In this document: positions 8,832-15,726 of the stretch, piece by piece
How the letters are laid out: the number at the start of each line of letters is the position of its first letter
Position numbering within the stretch: position 1 is the stretch's first letter
Source: Candidatus Latescibacterota bacterium
GTDB lineage: Bacteria; Latescibacterota; UBA2968; UBA8231
Assembly (NCBI GenBank): GCA_965221775.1
Contig: CBDCSU010000005.1
Coordinates: 160,001 to 224,000 of the forward strand
Length of the DNA stretch: 64,000 nucleotides
Reading direction: 5' to 3'
Made by a program: the position numbers and the translations under genes
The notes under the pieces: model-generated
Told to the model about the DNA's origin: nothing
The model's database searches: none
What the model saw: the letters and a program-made list of their open reading frames with translations, nothing else

Positions 8832-10751
8832 ATGACCAGGACGGGACGTACCATCGCGCAGGCCCTGACCCTGCTGCTGGGCCTGGGCACCGCCGCCCAG
8901 GGGCTGACCATCTACCGCATCGGGGGCTCGACTCTGCCTCCGCCCGAGTTGCCCGAGGGGGCCGACTTCGTGCAACTGGACTGGCAGGCCGCCGTGGACA
9001 GCGATCACGGCGCCATCGATCTGCTGCACGGGCTCGAGCCCGACGCCCTGGAGCCGGACAAGCTGGACCCGGCGGTAAACCTGGCCCCCATCTTCGAGGA
9101 GATCGGCGGGAGCATCTTCAACTACGCTACGCACGGCTTCGTGGCCGGGTACAAGGCAGACGACGTCCTCTTTGACGGCGATCCCGAGACCGTGCTTCTC
9201 GGGGACGGCCACTGGGGCGGAGCCCACCACTACCCCTTCCTGGAACTCGTCTTTGATTTCCCGGGCACCTTCACCATCGCGCGGATCGTGATGTATCCGC
9301 GCGAGCGATACCTGTCGAGCCGCTTCGTGCAGTGGTTCCGCATCGGGTTCAACGACGCCAAACGCAGCCGAAGGGGCGGCCCGGTCATCCGCGCCCGCAA
9401 CTGGGAGTTCGAGATCGTCTACGAGGACGTCGAGAACTCCCGGGGGCACATCGAGCTGACCGCCCTGCCCGAGTACCCGGTAAAGGAGCTGCTCGTCTCG
9501 CTGGCCGAGAACACGCAGGGCATCTGGGAAATGGCCGAGATCGAGGTCTACGGCCGGGGCTACACGCCCGAGGCGGCCTACGTGAGCCAGGTCATCGACC
9601 TCGGGGGCCCCTCCGCCCTGGGGGACCTCAGTTGGTCCGCCGAGGTCGACCCCGGAGCCGATCTGAAGTTGCGCATGCGGGCCGGGGACGATTTGGGTCC
9701 CAACCTCTACTGGCGTTACACCTTCCGCGGCAGTGGGTCCACCAGCCGGTTGGACGAGCAAGGCCAGCCCCTGACAAAGGACGGATACGAGAGCCTGGAC
9801 AGGCGGGAACGGGCCGGGACCACGCCGGACACCGAGAGCTGGGACGGTTGGAGCACGCCCCTCGACCACTCCGAAGGGACCGTGCCCTTCCGGGCCTCAC
9901 GGCCCCGCCAGTTTCTCCAGGTGCGCGCCGATTTCAACTCCACCGTCGACGCCGGCTCCCGCCTCCAGTACCTGCAGTTCGCGGTCTCCCAGCCGCCGGC
10001 GGCCACCGTGGTCCTCGGGGAGATCACCCCGACCATGGCCTCCGTCGACGAGGTGACGCCCTTCACCTACCTGATGACGCCTGTCATGCGCTCCGGGAAC
10101 TACGGGTTCGACCGCATCCTCATCGACACGCCCACCACCGTGGCCGGCATCGATGGCGTGCGCTTCAACGGCCAGCCCGTGGCCTACGAGGTCCTGCGCC
10201 TCGACGAATCGGGCTTCGAGATCGCCGTCCCCCGGGTCGACGAGAGCCGCGACGGCGAGCTCATCGAGATCGACTTCCGCTCCCGGATCTTCCGCTTCGG
10301 CACCGTGTTCTCCGGCCGGGTCATGGACAGTCAGCGCCCCGAGGAGGTGGCGCAGGTGGTCTCCCCCGGCGAGGCGGACCCGATCGTCGACAGCAACACC
10401 CTGAGCGTCGGCCTGGACGAGGTGGGCCGGCGGACGGTCAATGCCCTCACCCTCGAGCCGCCGGTCTTCAGCCCCAACGGAGACGGCATCAACGACCGGA
10501 TGAGTCTCGAGTACGAGCTGGTGAACGTGGAGGGTGACGCCGAGGTGGCCGTCGTCCTCTACGATCTGCGGGGCTCACCCTTGGAGGAGGTCTTCCGCGG
10601 GCCGGCCGGCAGCGGCCGGTTCCGCGCCGAGTGGGACGGCCGCGATGCCGGGGGACGCCTCCTCGGTCCGGGGATCTACATCCTGCGGATCGAGGTCGAG
10701 TCGGACCTCGGAATCAGGTCCAGGGAAAGGGTCGTCTCCCTTGTCTACTAG
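8832..10751 (+). CDS. Exported protein with discoidin-like region and C-terminal FlgD-Ig / CHU_C-like domain
   Basis: ATG at 8832 gives the signal peptide MTRTGRTIAQALTLLLGLGTAAQG. LFDGDPET and MAEIEVYGRG are F5/8-like motifs. Tail FSPNGDGIND...YDLRG...WDGRDAGGRLLGPGIY...VSLVY*. Confidence 0.8.
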   Translation: MTRTGRTIAQALTLLLGLGTAAQGLTIYRIGGSTLPPPELPEGADFVQLDWQAAVDSDHGAIDLLHGLEPDALEPDKLDPAVNLAPIFEEIGGSIFNYATHGFVAGYKADDVLFDGDPETVLLGDGHWGGAHHYPFLELVFDFPGTFTIARIVMYPRERYLSSRFVQWFRIGFNDAKRSRRGGPVIRARNWEFEIVYEDVENSRGHIELTALPEYPVKELLVSLAENTQGIWEMAEIEVYGRGYTPEAAYVSQVIDLGGPSALGDLSWSAEVDPGADLKLRMRAGDDLGPNLYWRYTFRGSGSTSRLDEQGQPLTKDGYESLDRRERAGTTPDTESWDGWSTPLDHSEGTVPFRASRPRQFLQVRADFNSTVDAGSRLQYLQFAVSQPPAATVVLGEITPTMASVDEVTPFTYLMTPVMRSGNYGFDRILIDTPTTVAGIDGVRFNGQPVAYEVLRLDESGFEIAVPRVDESRDGELIEIDFRSRIFRFGTVFSGRVMDSQRPEEVAQVVSPGEADPIVDSNTLSVGLDEVGRRTVNALTLEPPVFSPNGDGINDRMSLEYELVNVEGDAEVAVVLYDLRGSPLEEVFRGPAGSGRFRAEWDGRDAGGRLLGPGIYILRIEVESDLGIRSRERVVSLVY

Positions 10752-10781
10752 ATGCCCAGATAGCTGACAGGAGGTCCGCAC

Positions 10782-13439
10782 ATGACACGGATCATCAGCT
10801 TCTACACCGCCCTTCTGGTCCTGGCTGCCGCCACCGGCCTGACGGCCCAGGGCCGGGCGTACCGGATCGCCGGCGACGAGCTCGTCGTCGACCGCCGCAG
10901 CCTCTGGCAGAACTGGAGCTTTCCCGAGGAAACCCTCGAACTCTCCCCCTCGGGGGAGGTGCGGCCCCTCGCCCTGCGCAAGGACATCGCCGCCGTCCCC
11001 GAGATCGTCCGCTTTCTGCGCCTCCATCCACCGCCGAACCTCAAGCACAAGGAGCCCGAGGAGATCACCCTCGCCGACGCCGTGCAGGCCGGCTCCAACC
11101 CCCGTGACGCGGTCAACGTCCTCGACGGGGACCCGACGACATACTGGCAGCCCGACCTGACCGACATCCCACCCGTCGAGCTCGGCGCGCGGTGGTGGCT
11201 CATGGTCGACCTGGGACGGAACGTCATCGCCAAGAGGCTGGTGGTCCGGTTCGCGGAGGAGGGGTTGGGCGACCCGTTCCTTCAGTTCGACGTCCTCGTC
11301 TCCAACGGCGAGCGTTCGCCGTCCGCCGCCGCTTCGAAACACCCGCTCTTCGCGACGGTGTACCGAACGTTGAGGCCCAACAAGGACGTGCGGGTGCTGG
11401 ATCTCACCTTCGAGGACGTATACACCGATTCCATCGTCGGCGAGGCGCCGCTGGCCGCCATCCTGCCGCCATCCACCGTCGACCGTGACCACAGCGTGCA
11501 GGCCCCCAGGGAGCTCGCGGGCGCCTCGCTGCGATACGTCATGGTGGTCGTCCGTGACAGCGACTTCGACCGTGGCAGGCTGGTCAGCCCCGAGGCCTAC
11601 GCCGCCCTGCCCGAGGACGACAAGGGCGCCGTCGTCCACCACAAGCTGCAGCGGGACGGCCGGCTCACCGAGTTGAGCGAGGCCGACTACCTGCGTCTGC
11701 CCGCCGGACAGCAGGGAGAGATCCTCCACTACCGCAAGGAGCGGCCCCGCCTGGCCGACATCGAGGTGTGGACCGAGGGGGACAACGTCCTGCCCGCCAT
11801 CTACAAGCGCGGCGGGGAAATCAGCGGCAACGCGAACCTGAACTACGGCAGGCTGGTGGACGGCTTCGTGGGCTCCTTCACCGAGGTCAACTTGGGCAAC
11901 GAAGGGTACATCCTCTTCGACCTGGGGGCCACCTTCTGGCTCGACGCCTACCGGCTGATGTACGGCGGGGTCACGAACCGCGAGAGAAGGAGCTTCAACT
12001 CCTACGATCTCGAGGCCTCCGACGGATCCCTGAACCCCGACGGCACCCTGAAGTTCAAGACCGTGGCCCGCCGCATACAGAAGTTTATGCGCAAGGACTT
12101 CGAGGTTCACGACTTCGACCTCGTGAAGACCCGGTTCTTCCGCCTCGTCTTCGAGCTGGGCTTCACCGCCGAGCAACCTCACACCGCCGCGCCAGGGGAG
12201 ATCTACCTCTACGGCCGCGGATACATCGCCGAGGTCCGCATGGAGTCGGGCCTGGTCGAGCTCGGAGCCCGGCGCAACCTTCTGAGCATGTCCTGGGAGG
12301 CGGACACCCCGCCGGGGACCAGGATCTCGATCCAGACCCGCGCCGGCAACGAGCTGCGGGAGGTCCTCCACTACTACAAGGCCGACGGCACGGAGATCAG
12401 CGAGAAGGCCTACAACAATCCGTCCCTGCTGCCCTCCTTGAAGGGCGACATCGTCGCCGAGATGGTAGAAGGAGACGACTGGAGCGGCTGGAGCCAGCCC
12501 TACGAGGACGCCTCGGGAAGTCCCTTCCTCTCTCCCTCCCCGAGGGAGTTCCTCAACATCGCCGCGACCCTGGTTTCGGACGACCCCGATCTGCACCCCA
12601 CGCTTCGCTCCCTCCGGCTGCGCTTCAGCAACCCCGTCGCCCAGGGGCTCCGGGCGGAGGTGACCCCCACCCGGGTCGACTCGCTGGGGGTGCAGCGGGA
12701 CTTCTCCCTGTTCCTGCGGCCCGAGTTCGACAATCGGGACCCGGGCTTCGACGAGCTGCTGCTCAGGACGCCTCCCGACATGTCCCTGGAGTTCGCCGGT
12801 CTCTACGCCGGGTCGGCCGAGGAGTTCGACGGCGGGGGCGGTACCCTGGTGGAGGACATGGAGCTCATGCCGACCGGTCCCGACAGCCTGCGCCTCTCCT
12901 TCCCCATCGTGCGGCCCCGTGGGATCGAGGTGTTGCGCCTCGACTTCCGAACCGCCCTGTTCACCACCGGCGCCCAGTTGCAGGCCGCGGTCAAGCGGAC
13001 CCGGGACGGCGAGGACGCCTGGCAGCGGGTTGATCCCGGAGACGCCCTCGCCAGCGTCGACAGCGACGCGATCACCCTCATCGGCGAGGCCACCGGCGGA
13101 GGCCTGCTCACCGGTGTGGACCTGAGTTCCCCGGTGATCACGCCCAACGGCGACGGGATCAACGACGAGGCCCGATTCTCGCTCAGCGTCGTCCGCGTCG
13201 CCGACGGAAGCCCCGTGGACCTGCGGATCCACGACCTCGGCGGCCGGCTCCTTCGCCGGATCGTCGAGCACGGATCCTCGAGCGCCGGCCTCTATGAGAT
13301 CACTTGGGACGGCCTGGACGACAATGGGCTCGTCGTGCCACCGGGGATCTACCTCGCGCGCCTCCGGGTCGACACCGACGACGGCGGGCGCAGGCTGAGT
13401 GGCAACGAGGTGGTGCGGACCCTGGCCGTGTCCTACTGA
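10782..13439 (+). CDS. Exported protein (885 aa) with discoidin-like regions and C-terminal FlgD-Ig / CHU_C-like domain
   Basis: GGAGGT SD at 10771 and a signal peptide. NVLDGDPTTYWQ, VDLGR, LADIEVW motifs. Tail ITPNGDGIND...HDLGGRLLRRI...WDGLDDNGLVVPPGIY...LAVSY*. Confidence 0.8.
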   Translation: MTRIISFYTALLVLAAATGLTAQGRAYRIAGDELVVDRRSLWQNWSFPEETLELSPSGEVRPLALRKDIAAVPEIVRFLRLHPPPNLKHKEPEEITLADAVQAGSNPRDAVNVLDGDPTTYWQPDLTDIPPVELGARWWLMVDLGRNVIAKRLVVRFAEEGLGDPFLQFDVLVSNGERSPSAAASKHPLFATVYRTLRPNKDVRVLDLTFEDVYTDSIVGEAPLAAILPPSTVDRDHSVQAPRELAGASLRYVMVVVRDSDFDRGRLVSPEAYAALPEDDKGAVVHHKLQRDGRLTELSEADYLRLPAGQQGEILHYRKERPRLADIEVWTEGDNVLPAIYKRGGEISGNANLNYGRLVDGFVGSFTEVNLGNEGYILFDLGATFWLDAYRLMYGGVTNRERRSFNSYDLEASDGSLNPDGTLKFKTVARRIQKFMRKDFEVHDFDLVKTRFFRLVFELGFTAEQPHTAAPGEIYLYGRGYIAEVRMESGLVELGARRNLLSMSWEADTPPGTRISIQTRAGNELREVLHYYKADGTEISEKAYNNPSLLPSLKGDIVAEMVEGDDWSGWSQPYEDASGSPFLSPSPREFLNIAATLVSDDPDLHPTLRSLRLRFSNPVAQGLRAEVTPTRVDSLGVQRDFSLFLRPEFDNRDPGFDELLLRTPPDMSLEFAGLYAGSAEEFDGGGGTLVEDMELMPTGPDSLRLSFPIVRPRGIEVLRLDFRTALFTTGAQLQAAVKRTRDGEDAWQRVDPGDALASVDSDAITLIGEATGGGLLTGVDLSSPVITPNGDGINDEARFSLSVVRVADGSPVDLRIHDLGGRLLRRIVEHGSSSAGLYEITWDGLDDNGLVVPPGIYLARLRVDTDDGGRRLSGNEVVRTLAVSY

Positions 13440-13451
13440 AGCCAAAAGTGG

Positions 13452-13480
13452 TTGATTTCCAGGGATTTTCTTAGTAACGT
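13452..13480 (+). promoter_or_regulatory. sigma70-type promoter of duplicated gene, copy 1
   Basis: TTGATT(13452-13457)-N17-TAACGT(13475-13480) in an AT-rich patch. The same architecture precedes copy 2. Confidence 0.6.
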
Positions 13481-13506
13481 TCGTAGGCCCACCGTCGATC
13501 ACCCAC

Positions 13507-13556
13507 GACCGAGGGTATCCCCCCGGTCCTTCACCCTTTCCATCATGCGATTGGAG
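13507..13556 (+). promoter_or_regulatory. Putative structured 5' leader, copy 1 (two hairpins; the second occludes the SD)
   Basis: Hairpin GACCG-A-GGG/TATC/CCC-C-CGGTC at 13507-13528. CCATC-ATGC-GATTGG at 13540-13554 pairs over the GGAG SD. Confidence 0.5.
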
Positions 13557-13564
13557 TCATGACC

Positions 13565-14488
13565 ATGAGAAAGACCCTCACCATGGCGGTCCTGCTGCTG
13601 GGCGTCGGCTCGGCGCAGGCCCACCTGCCCCCGGGCAATGTCCTAGGGGTCTGGCAGTGGCCTTCGAATGCCCTGCCCACCTTGGACGGCGACATCAGCG
13701 AGTGGGAGGTCATCCCGGATTACCTGTGGCTCAATCCGGCCACCTCCCTGGACAACGATGGCAACCCCCTGTTCACCGGCGTCCATGGCAACGACAAGGG
13801 CATGTCCGGCCCCGAGGGTGACGCCTCCGACCTCACCATCCGCGTCGCCGTCGCCTGGAACGACGAGTTCGACCGCATGTACTTCGCCCAGGAGCGCTTC
13901 GACGACGTGTACGACCGCGACGTGGCGGAGCCGCCCGGCGAGTGCGGCGGCGACGACAGCATCGAGATCCATGTCGACGCCGACCACACCGGTGGTGTCA
14001 TGGTCACCGGCGACGAGGAGACGCAAGCCAGGTCGGCCCAGATTGCCCACTGGCGCTGGCCGCCGATCGGGGAAGGGAATAACGCCTGGAGCTGGATGTG
14101 GGTGAGCGCCGCCACCTGGCACGACAAGGAGCCCTATGCCTGCTGCCCCACCGCCTTCGACATCGACGGTGGGCACGGCGACACCGATGTGACGCTGGTC
14201 TCCGAGTGGTGGACCGTCTACTTCAACAACTTGGTTCACCTGTCGCCCGAGGAGAGCGTGGTCGCCCCCCTTTCGGAGGGCCAGATCATCGGCATGACCT
14301 TCGCCCTTTGCGACATCGACGGGGCCGCCCAAGACGGCCCCAATACGGTCTGGGTGTCGGGCGGTGAAGGCGCGGCGAGGTATTACGCTGACAGCGATGT
14401 CCTCGGCGACTGGGTCCTGTTGGAGAACATGATGACGGCCGTCGAGTCCAATAGCTGGGGTCAGGTCAAGGCCAGCCTCCAGCAGTAG
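13565..14488 (+). CDS. Secreted CBM9/DOMON-like sugar-binding-fold protein with C-terminal TAVESNSWGQVK motif (copy 1)
   Basis: GGAG SD 8 nt before ATG 13565. Signal peptide ending AQA. LPTLDGDISEW, VAWNDEFDRMYF and DDSIEIHVDAD resemble CBM9-like domains. Confidence 0.7.
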   Translation: MRKTLTMAVLLLGVGSAQAHLPPGNVLGVWQWPSNALPTLDGDISEWEVIPDYLWLNPATSLDNDGNPLFTGVHGNDKGMSGPEGDASDLTIRVAVAWNDEFDRMYFAQERFDDVYDRDVAEPPGECGGDDSIEIHVDADHTGGVMVTGDEETQARSAQIAHWRWPPIGEGNNAWSWMWVSAATWHDKEPYACCPTAFDIDGGHGDTDVTLVSEWWTVYFNNLVHLSPEESVVAPLSEGQIIGMTFALCDIDGAAQDGPNTVWVSGGEGAARYYADSDVLGDWVLLENMMTAVESNSWGQVKASLQQ

Positions 14489-14524
14489 AGCGGCTGTACC
14501 AGCGCCGCTGGTCAACGGTTTCCA

Positions 14525-14560
14525 GGGAGGCAGGCCCCCGCGGCCTGCCTCCCTTTTCTT
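14525..14560 (+). terminator. Rho-independent terminator
   Basis: 12-bp stem GGGAGGCAGGCC-CCCGC-GGCCTGCCTCCC followed by TTTTCTT. Confidence 0.9.
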
Positions 14561-14577
14561 GCCTCGGCAGGAATGCG

Positions 14578-14606
14578 TTGATTCTGGGGGGTTTTGGTGG
14601 TACTAT
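14578..14606 (+). promoter_or_regulatory. sigma70-type promoter with extended -10, copy 2
   Basis: TTGATT(14578-14583)-N17-TACTAT(14601-14606), with TG at 14598-14599. Confidence 0.7.
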
Positions 14607-14622
14607 ACCCGCAACCGCTCAG

Positions 14623-14672
14623 GATCGAGGTATCCGGCCCCGATCGATCACCCTCCCATCATGCGATTGGAG
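14623..14672 (+). promoter_or_regulatory. Putative structured 5' leader, copy 2
   Basis: Hairpin GATCG-A-GG/TATCCGG/CC-C-CGATC at 14623-14645. Identical CCATCATGCGATTGGAG at 14656-14672. Confidence 0.5.
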
Positions 14673-14680
14673 ACAGGACC

Positions 14681-15613
14681 ATGAGAAAATCCCTCACCAT
14701 GGCGGCTCTGCTGCTGGCCTTCGGCTCGGCGCAAGCCCACGTGCCCCCAGGCACCGTCCTCGGGGTCTGGCAGTGGCCTTCGCATGCCCTGCCCGTCATG
14801 GACGGCGACATCAGCGAGTGGGAGGTCATACCCGAATACCTCTGGCTCACCATGTCCACCCTGGACAACGACGGCAACGCCCTGTTCCACGCCGTGGCGG
14901 GCGATCACAAGGGCATGGACGGCACCGATAATGACGCCGCAGACCTCACCATCCGCATGGCCGTCGCCTGGAACGACGAGTACGACCGCATGTACTTCGC
15001 CCAGGATCGCTTCGACGACACGTGGGACCGCGACGTGGCGGAGCCGCCCGGCGCGTGCGGCGGCGACGACAGCATCGAGATCCACGTTGACGCCGACCAC
15101 AGCGGTGGCCTCATGGTCACCGGCGACGAAGAGACGCAAGCCAGGTCTGCCCAGATTGCCCACTGGCGCTGGCCGCCCATCGGAGAAGGGAACAACGCCT
15201 GGAGTTGGATGTGGGTGAGCGCCGCCACCTGGCACGACAAGCCGCCCTATGCCTGCTGCCCCGACTCCTACGACTTGGACGGTGAGCACGGCGGCACCGA
15301 TGTGAGTCTGATCTCCGAGTGGTGGTCCGTCTACTTCAACAACCTGGTTCACCTGTCGCCCGAGGAGAGCGTGGTCGCCCCCTTGTCGGAGAACCAGATC
15401 ATTGGAATGGGGATCGCCTTCTGCGACATCGACGGGACCTCCAACGAGTCGGGCCACAATTCGGTCTGGCGGTCGGGCGGTCCCGGTGGCGCGAGGTGGT
15501 ACGCCGACAGCGACGTCGTCAGCGACTGGCTCCTGCTGCCGGTGGATCCAGCTTTGGCCACCGCCGTCGAGTCCAACAGCTGGGGCCAAGTCAAGGCCAG
15601 CCTGGAGCAGTAA
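14681..15613 (+). CDS. Secreted CBM9/DOMON-like protein with C-terminal TAVESNSWGQVK motif (copy 2)
   Basis: ATG 14681 after GGAG SD. MRKSLTMAALLLAFGSAQA. Collinear with 13565-14488. Confidence 0.7.
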   Translation: MRKSLTMAALLLAFGSAQAHVPPGTVLGVWQWPSHALPVMDGDISEWEVIPEYLWLTMSTLDNDGNALFHAVAGDHKGMDGTDNDAADLTIRMAVAWNDEYDRMYFAQDRFDDTWDRDVAEPPGACGGDDSIEIHVDADHSGGLMVTGDEETQARSAQIAHWRWPPIGEGNNAWSWMWVSAATWHDKPPYACCPDSYDLDGEHGGTDVSLISEWWSVYFNNLVHLSPEESVVAPLSENQIIGMGIAFCDIDGTSNESGHNSVWRSGGPGGARWYADSDVVSDWLLLPVDPALATAVESNSWGQVKASLEQ

Positions 15614-15649
15614 GAGCGGCTGCACCCAACGCCGCTGGTAACCGTTCCA

Positions 15650-15686
15650 GGGAGGCAGGCCGCCGCGGCCTGCCTCCCTTTCTCTT
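15650..15686 (+). terminator. Rho-independent terminator
   Basis: GGGAGGCAGGCC-GCCGC-GGCCTGCCTCCC followed by TTTCTCTT. Confidence 0.85.
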
Positions 15687-15726
15687 GCCCCAGGATCTGA
15701 CGACCGCCCCGGAGGGGATCGACTCG

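Larger units (their letters stand above)
13451..15686 (+). repeat. Tandem duplication of a ~1.1 kb promoter-leader-gene-terminator unit (copy 1 ~13451-14560, copy 2 ~14577-15686)
   Basis: Both copies share TTGATT-N17 promoters, the 17-mer CCATCATGCGATTGGAG, highly similar ORFs, an AGCGGC..GCCGCT post-stop hairpin and the GGGAGGCAGGCC terminator stem. Confidence 0.95.

Noticed and set aside
2-13439. FlgD-like domains as flagellar hook-capping genes
   Set aside because: The domain is only a C-terminal tail on large exported proteins, and no flagellar genes are present.
1348-13502. Long minus-strand ORFs (1348-4206, 6968-8911, 10575-13502)
   Set aside because: They mirror the plus-strand genes codon for codon. 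V/E/G-rich shadow composition, and no recognisable domains.
13451-15686. Duplicated unit as a diversity-generating retroelement, integron cassette array or CRISPR
   Set aside because: No reverse transcriptase, integron integrase, attC or cas gene in the window. Differences are not adenine-specific, and both copies are full genes with their own promoters.
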